From: a virus
Lineage: Duplodnaviria; Caudoviricetes
DNA length: 29,080 bases
Direction: 5' to 3' (one strand)
IMG/VR virus record: IMGVR_UViG_3300044639_001642
Span: 1 to 29,080 of that record
Below the pieces are notes generated by a model. The model was not told the origin of the DNA. It made no database searches and saw only the letters and a program-made list of their open reading frames with translations. A program made the position numbers and the translations under genes. This document shows, piece by piece, positions 26,062 to 29,080 of this stretch; position 1 is the stretch's first letter; the number at the start of each line of letters is the position of its first letter.

Positions 26062-26274
26062 TTAATCTTCAATAACTTCGTCTATTTTACTTTCGGAGAC
26101 TGCTGTGATTCTCCAATCATGTTGAAACCCAGTATATCGGGATGTTACCTTGGCTTCAACATCAGTTACAGAGTAACCTTTAACCAATTTTTCCTCTCGG
26201 ATTTTCTTTAATTTACCTGTGTTTTCATCAGGTAAATCGTACTGTACTTTTGCTACAAAATATTTTTCGTCCAT
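26062..26274 (-). CDS. DUF4494-like small protein
   Basis: YFVAKVQYD..ENTGKLKKIREEKLVKGYSVTDVEAKV resembles the Bacteroidetes DUF4494 pattern (WFECKVRYEK..KKVTEPYLVDALSFTEAEARI), as recalled. Confidence 0.6.
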   Translation of the reverse strand: MDEKYFVAKVQYDLPDENTGKLKKIREEKLVKGYSVTDVEAKVTSRYTGFQHDWRITAVSESKIDEVIED

Positions 26275-26284
26275 GTTTTTTAAA

Positions 26285-27016
26285 TTATCTGTCCAAATAA
26301 TGGTTTAATTTTTTCAATAAGTCAATAGAGCGATTCATTTTTGTCCCACTATCTTGTTCTATTGGAGACATTCTTGAAACTTTTTCTTCTTCCAAATTTT
26401 CTTCAAATTTGCTTCTATCATCAGGATTTGTAAAAAGATATGCTCCAGGTGTAGATGGTGAAGATACCAAATCAAAACAGATTAATTCAAAATCATCCTG
26501 TACTTCATTTTGTTCACCGTTCTTTTTTAAAGAACCAACCCCACGTGAAGATATACCCAAAGTAACACCCTGTCTCAACAAGTTAGCAGCTTGGTCACCC
26601 TTTGTAGATACAATACCTCTTTCATGGAATCCTGGTGATGTTAAAAGACGTAACTTACCCATAAGGATATGTCCGTCCCACCATATATCATTAATGATGT
26701 GAGACACACGGTCAAGGTCAATTAAAGATGATTCAGGGTGATTTAATTCTGAAAGGGATGTTCCTTTTTCAATCATTTTTTTATAATTGTCAGATTCACG
26801 TTTTAAGATTCTTTCAGGGTACACTCTACCATTACGGTTTGGTGTGTTGTATTTTTGAAGTACGGCATAGAATTCAAAAGGTTTTGAATAATCCAAGAAA
26901 TTCTTGTGATTTTCTTCAAGCATCTTTTTGTTAAATTCATGAGATGGTGACACATATCCTGCATCCATTTCAATCAATATTCCTTTACCTGTGTCGGTAG
27001 GTCCTAATATTTTCAT
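26285..27016 (-). CDS. gp21: Prohead core protease, T4 gp21-like
   Basis: NRNGRVYP, ELNHP (catalytic His), GISSRGVGS (catalytic Ser) and DLVSSPSTPGA. Confidence 0.93.
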   Translation of the reverse strand: MKILGPTDTGKGILIEMDAGYVSPSHEFNKKMLEENHKNFLDYSKPFEFYAVLQKYNTPNRNGRVYPERILKRESDNYKKMIEKGTSLSELNHPESSLIDLDRVSHIINDIWWDGHILMGKLRLLTSPGFHERGIVSTKGDQAANLLRQGVTLGISSRGVGSLKKNGEQNEVQDDFELICFDLVSSPSTPGAYLFTNPDDRSKFEENLEEEKVSRMSPIEQDSGTKMNRSIDLLKKLNHYLDR

Positions 27017-27031
27017 ACGTATGTTTTAGTA

Positions 27032-27038
27032 ATAAATA
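27032..27038 (-). promoter_or_regulatory. Putative late promoter motif TATTTAT
   Basis: ATAAATA on the + strand, 15 nt upstream of the protease ATG 27016. Confidence 0.6.
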
Positions 27039-27485
27039 TTAAGATGTTTCTTCTTTGCTCTTTTTAGATAGTGTAAAATCAAAATACTCGTTCTTTTTAA
27101 AGTTTTCAATATAAATTTCTTTGGCAATTCTTTTTAATTTATCTTTAAGAATTGTATCTTTGAAATCCACTTCTTGTGATAAGAATAAGGTAATTTCCAA
27201 ATTCATAAAACTTTTCTTACCATAAACAATTCCGCTAGTCCTTAAATCCAAATCAACAATATAATTGTCTTTAAAAAATGTGGGGTCTAATATTTCAAAT
27301 ATTGTGTGTTTTATCTGTCTACTAAAATTTGATACTATTCTTTCCCAATTGTCGTAACTTTGTTTTGGCGAAACCCAACTTTGTAGATTAAGATAAACTG
27401 ATTTAAAGTTTTTGGAATCAACTGTTCCATAACTCACTTTTGAATTGTTGAATCCTACAATTCGTGATGTTTTTCCTTTTTTCAT
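27039..27485 (-). CDS. Hypothetical protein in the head module
   Basis: 148 aa alpha/beta ORF between bS21 and the protease. Confidence 0.65.
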   Translation of the reverse strand: MKKGKTSRIVGFNNSKVSYGTVDSKNFKSVYLNLQSWVSPKQSYDNWERIVSNFSRQIKHTIFEILDPTFFKDNYIVDLDLRTSGIVYGKKSFMNLEITLFLSQEVDFKDTILKDKLKRIAKEIYIENFKKNEYFDFTLSKKSKEETS

Positions 27486-27583
27486 TAATAATCATGTGTA
27501 TAAATTGTTTATTGTTTGAAAAAAAATAATCTAATTTTATTCTATTGTCAAATTTTCACCAATTTTGTATTATTTACTATAAT

Positions 27584-27772
27584 ATGTTAAAAGTAAAAAT
27601 AGACGAAAAGACTCCATTGGAAAAAGCCTTGAAACAATTAAAAGGAAAGGTAATTAAAACCAAGCAAAATGAAAAGTTGAGAGAAAGACTTCAGTATGAA
27701 AAACCATCTGTTACACGTAGAGCTCAGAAATTAAAAGCTCAATACGTTGAATCTCAAAAACCTAAAGATTAA
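27584..27772 (+). CDS. rpsU: Ribosomal protein bS21, phage-encoded
   Basis: MLKVKIDEKTPLEKALKQLKGKV..LRERLQYEKPSVTRR shows the bS21 pattern (E.AL..K / R..YEKPS..RR). 62 aa from the ATG at 27584. Confidence 0.88.
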   Translation: MLKVKIDEKTPLEKALKQLKGKVIKTKQNEKLRERLQYEKPSVTRRAQKLKAQYVESQKPKD

Positions 27773-28473
27773 TTAATGTTATTATACAAATTGTATAATC
27801 TTACATAATTGATTTTAGAAAACTCTTCACCTTTAATTTGGTTAATAGTTTCCTGCAATTTTTTTGTTGTGATATCATCCATAGATTCATTAATACCACT
27901 TAAAGAGTGAATTGTTTTTACTTTTAAATCTTCAAACTCTTTTGATAATTCCACATCTTCAGTCATTAATACTTTAGATAAATCTCTTTTAGAATCTTCA
28001 TCTAAATTTTCAATATAAGAACTTATTTCTCTATTGGCAATATTCATCAAAGTTTCTATTGGTAATTGTATTGTAGTTTTAACTTCAGTACTTTCACTTA
28101 AAGTTTTTATCAAATTTTTTCTGCTTTCAATATTCTCCATAATCTTATCAGGAGTATTGTAAATCAAATTATCAATATCTTTATAGTTGTTTTCACTTAC
28201 AACATCTTTAACCCAATATTCAATTTTTTGAGTTTTTAATTTTGGAATAATTTTTTCAACTTGTCTTAAAGATTCGTTGATGTAAGCTTCAGATAATGTC
28301 TTATCATAACCTTTTTTCTTGGACAATTCAGTGTAGATGTAAAACATTGTACTGGCATTTTTATTCTCCAACACCAAACTTTTAAAGTTTTTTAACTCTA
28401 TTTTTGTTGTTTCATTCACATAAGAATTAATCATTAATCCTTCTATCTTGCTAAGTAATTGTCCAAATTTCAT
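27769..28473 (-). CDS. Hypothetical helical protein in the head module, possibly a prohead core component
   Basis: 234 aa ORF directly downstream of the portal, with its own late motif and INES/VLE/LSE sites. Confidence 0.6.
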   Translation of the reverse strand: MKFGQLLSKIEGLMINSYVNETTKIELKNFKSLVLENKNASTMFYIYTELSKKKGYDKTLSEAYINESLRQVEKIIPKLKTQKIEYWVKDVVSENNYKDIDNLIYNTPDKIMENIESRKNLIKTLSESTEVKTTIQLPIETLMNIANREISSYIENLDEDSKRDLSKVLMTEDVELSKEFEDLKVKTIHSLSGINESMDDITTKKLQETINQIKGEEFSKINYVRLYNLYNNIN

Positions 28474-28477
28474 ATTA

Positions 28478-28484
28478 ATAAATA
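28478..28484 (-). promoter_or_regulatory. Putative late promoter motif TATTTAT
   Basis: ATAAATA on the + strand, only 4 nt upstream of ATG 28473. Confidence 0.6.
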
Positions 28485-28486
28485 TA

Positions 28487-29080
28487 TCAATCTAATAGTT
28501 TTCCTAATTGTTCTTCAATAAGTCCTAATGAACGTTTTCCTCGTTCTAAATCAACCTCATCAACACCATACAAATTATCACGTTCTAAAATGATGTTCAT
28601 ATTCTTTTTAACTGATTCAGGTGTAACCGCTGTTTCACCCCCTGCCGGTGGTACTTCACCTCCTGCTGGTGGTTCTCCACCTAAGTCAGCACCAAATCCA
28701 CCCATATCACCTCCTTCTGCAGGTGGTGTTTCTGTAGTTCCTGTTGTTGCTCCATTATTACCATACAACTTGTCAACATTGTCAAACAATCCTGTTCTTG
28801 TTATTACGTTAGGTGTATTAGCAATTTCAGTTGCAACTGCTTTCTCAACTCTTTGTTGTTGTAAGTCAAGTTTAATATCCTCATCAGAGAATCCAAGAAT
28901 ATGTTTCTTAGCCCAAGTTTGAGATGTTGGTGCAATACCTTCAATAGGTGCAACAGCGTCTTTGTATAACAACATTTTTTCTTTCCAAACATCTATTGTT
29001 AACAAGTCAGCTTGTTTAGATGGGTTAGTCAAACTTAATTGGAATGAATTTAATTCATCTTCAAATCCTAATAAGAATAA
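28487..29080 (-). CDS. Portal protein C-terminal part (T4 gp20-like), truncated by the window edge
   Basis: Frame is open to 29080 (LFLLGFEDELNSFQLSLTNPS..). SQTWAKKHILGFSDEDI resembles the gp20 C-terminal S..w....IL..sdeei motif, followed by a G/P/E-rich tail. Gene order portal-protease-scaffold-MCP fits. Confidence 0.75.
   Translation of the reverse strand, partial: LFLLGFEDELNSFQLSLTNPSKQADLLTIDVWKEKMLLYKDAVAPIEGIAPTSQTWAKKHILGFSDEDIKLDLQQQRVEKAVATEIANTPNVITRTGLFDNVDKLYGNNGATTGTTETPPAEGGDMGGFGADLGGEPPAGGEVPPAGGETAVTPESVKKNMNIILERDNLYGVDEVDLERGKRSLGLIEEQLGKLLD

Noticed and set aside
27545-27583. Longer bS21 starting at the TTG at 27545
   Set aside because: bS21 homology begins at the ATG at 27584, and the upstream part looks like promoter sequence.
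1-29080. Alternative genetic code (TAG reassignment), since none of the called genes ends in TAG
   Set aside because: Genes pack tightly and are uninterrupted under the standard code, with no need for in-frame TAG. TAG scarcity is expected at low GC. Worth rechecking genome-wide.

Overview
AT-rich segment of a large T4-like (myovirus-type, probably jumbo) phage genome, most likely infecting Bacteroidetes. Host evidence: a Flavobacteriales-like bS21, a DUF4494-like gene, a TTG-N20-TAnnTTTG promoter and A-rich leaders without Shine-Dalgarno sequences. The + strand block (1-20284) encodes a 3'-5' exonuclease, dUTPase and a ~12 kb glycan-biosynthesis region. That region holds six recognisable glycosyltransferase genes (one is fungal-type GT15-like) plus one possible one, a WlbABC/WbpBED-like diamino-sugar trio, an FkbM methyltransferase and an apparently inactive UDP-sugar dehydrogenase, with PhoH and a HAD nucleotidase embedded in it. 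A gp55-like late sigma factor and baseplate/spike genes follow. The - strand block (21119-29080) is the head module: portal C-terminus, prohead protease, scaffold, gp23-like major capsid protein and a mucin-like Thr/Pro-repeat protein, with ribosomal protein bS21 inserted antisense. A TATTTAT motif precedes seven late or putative late genes. The leading hypothesis is a phage-encoded virion glycosylation system pairing the GT cluster with the mucin-like capsid-adjacent protein. All family assignments come from motif recognition by eye, not database searches.
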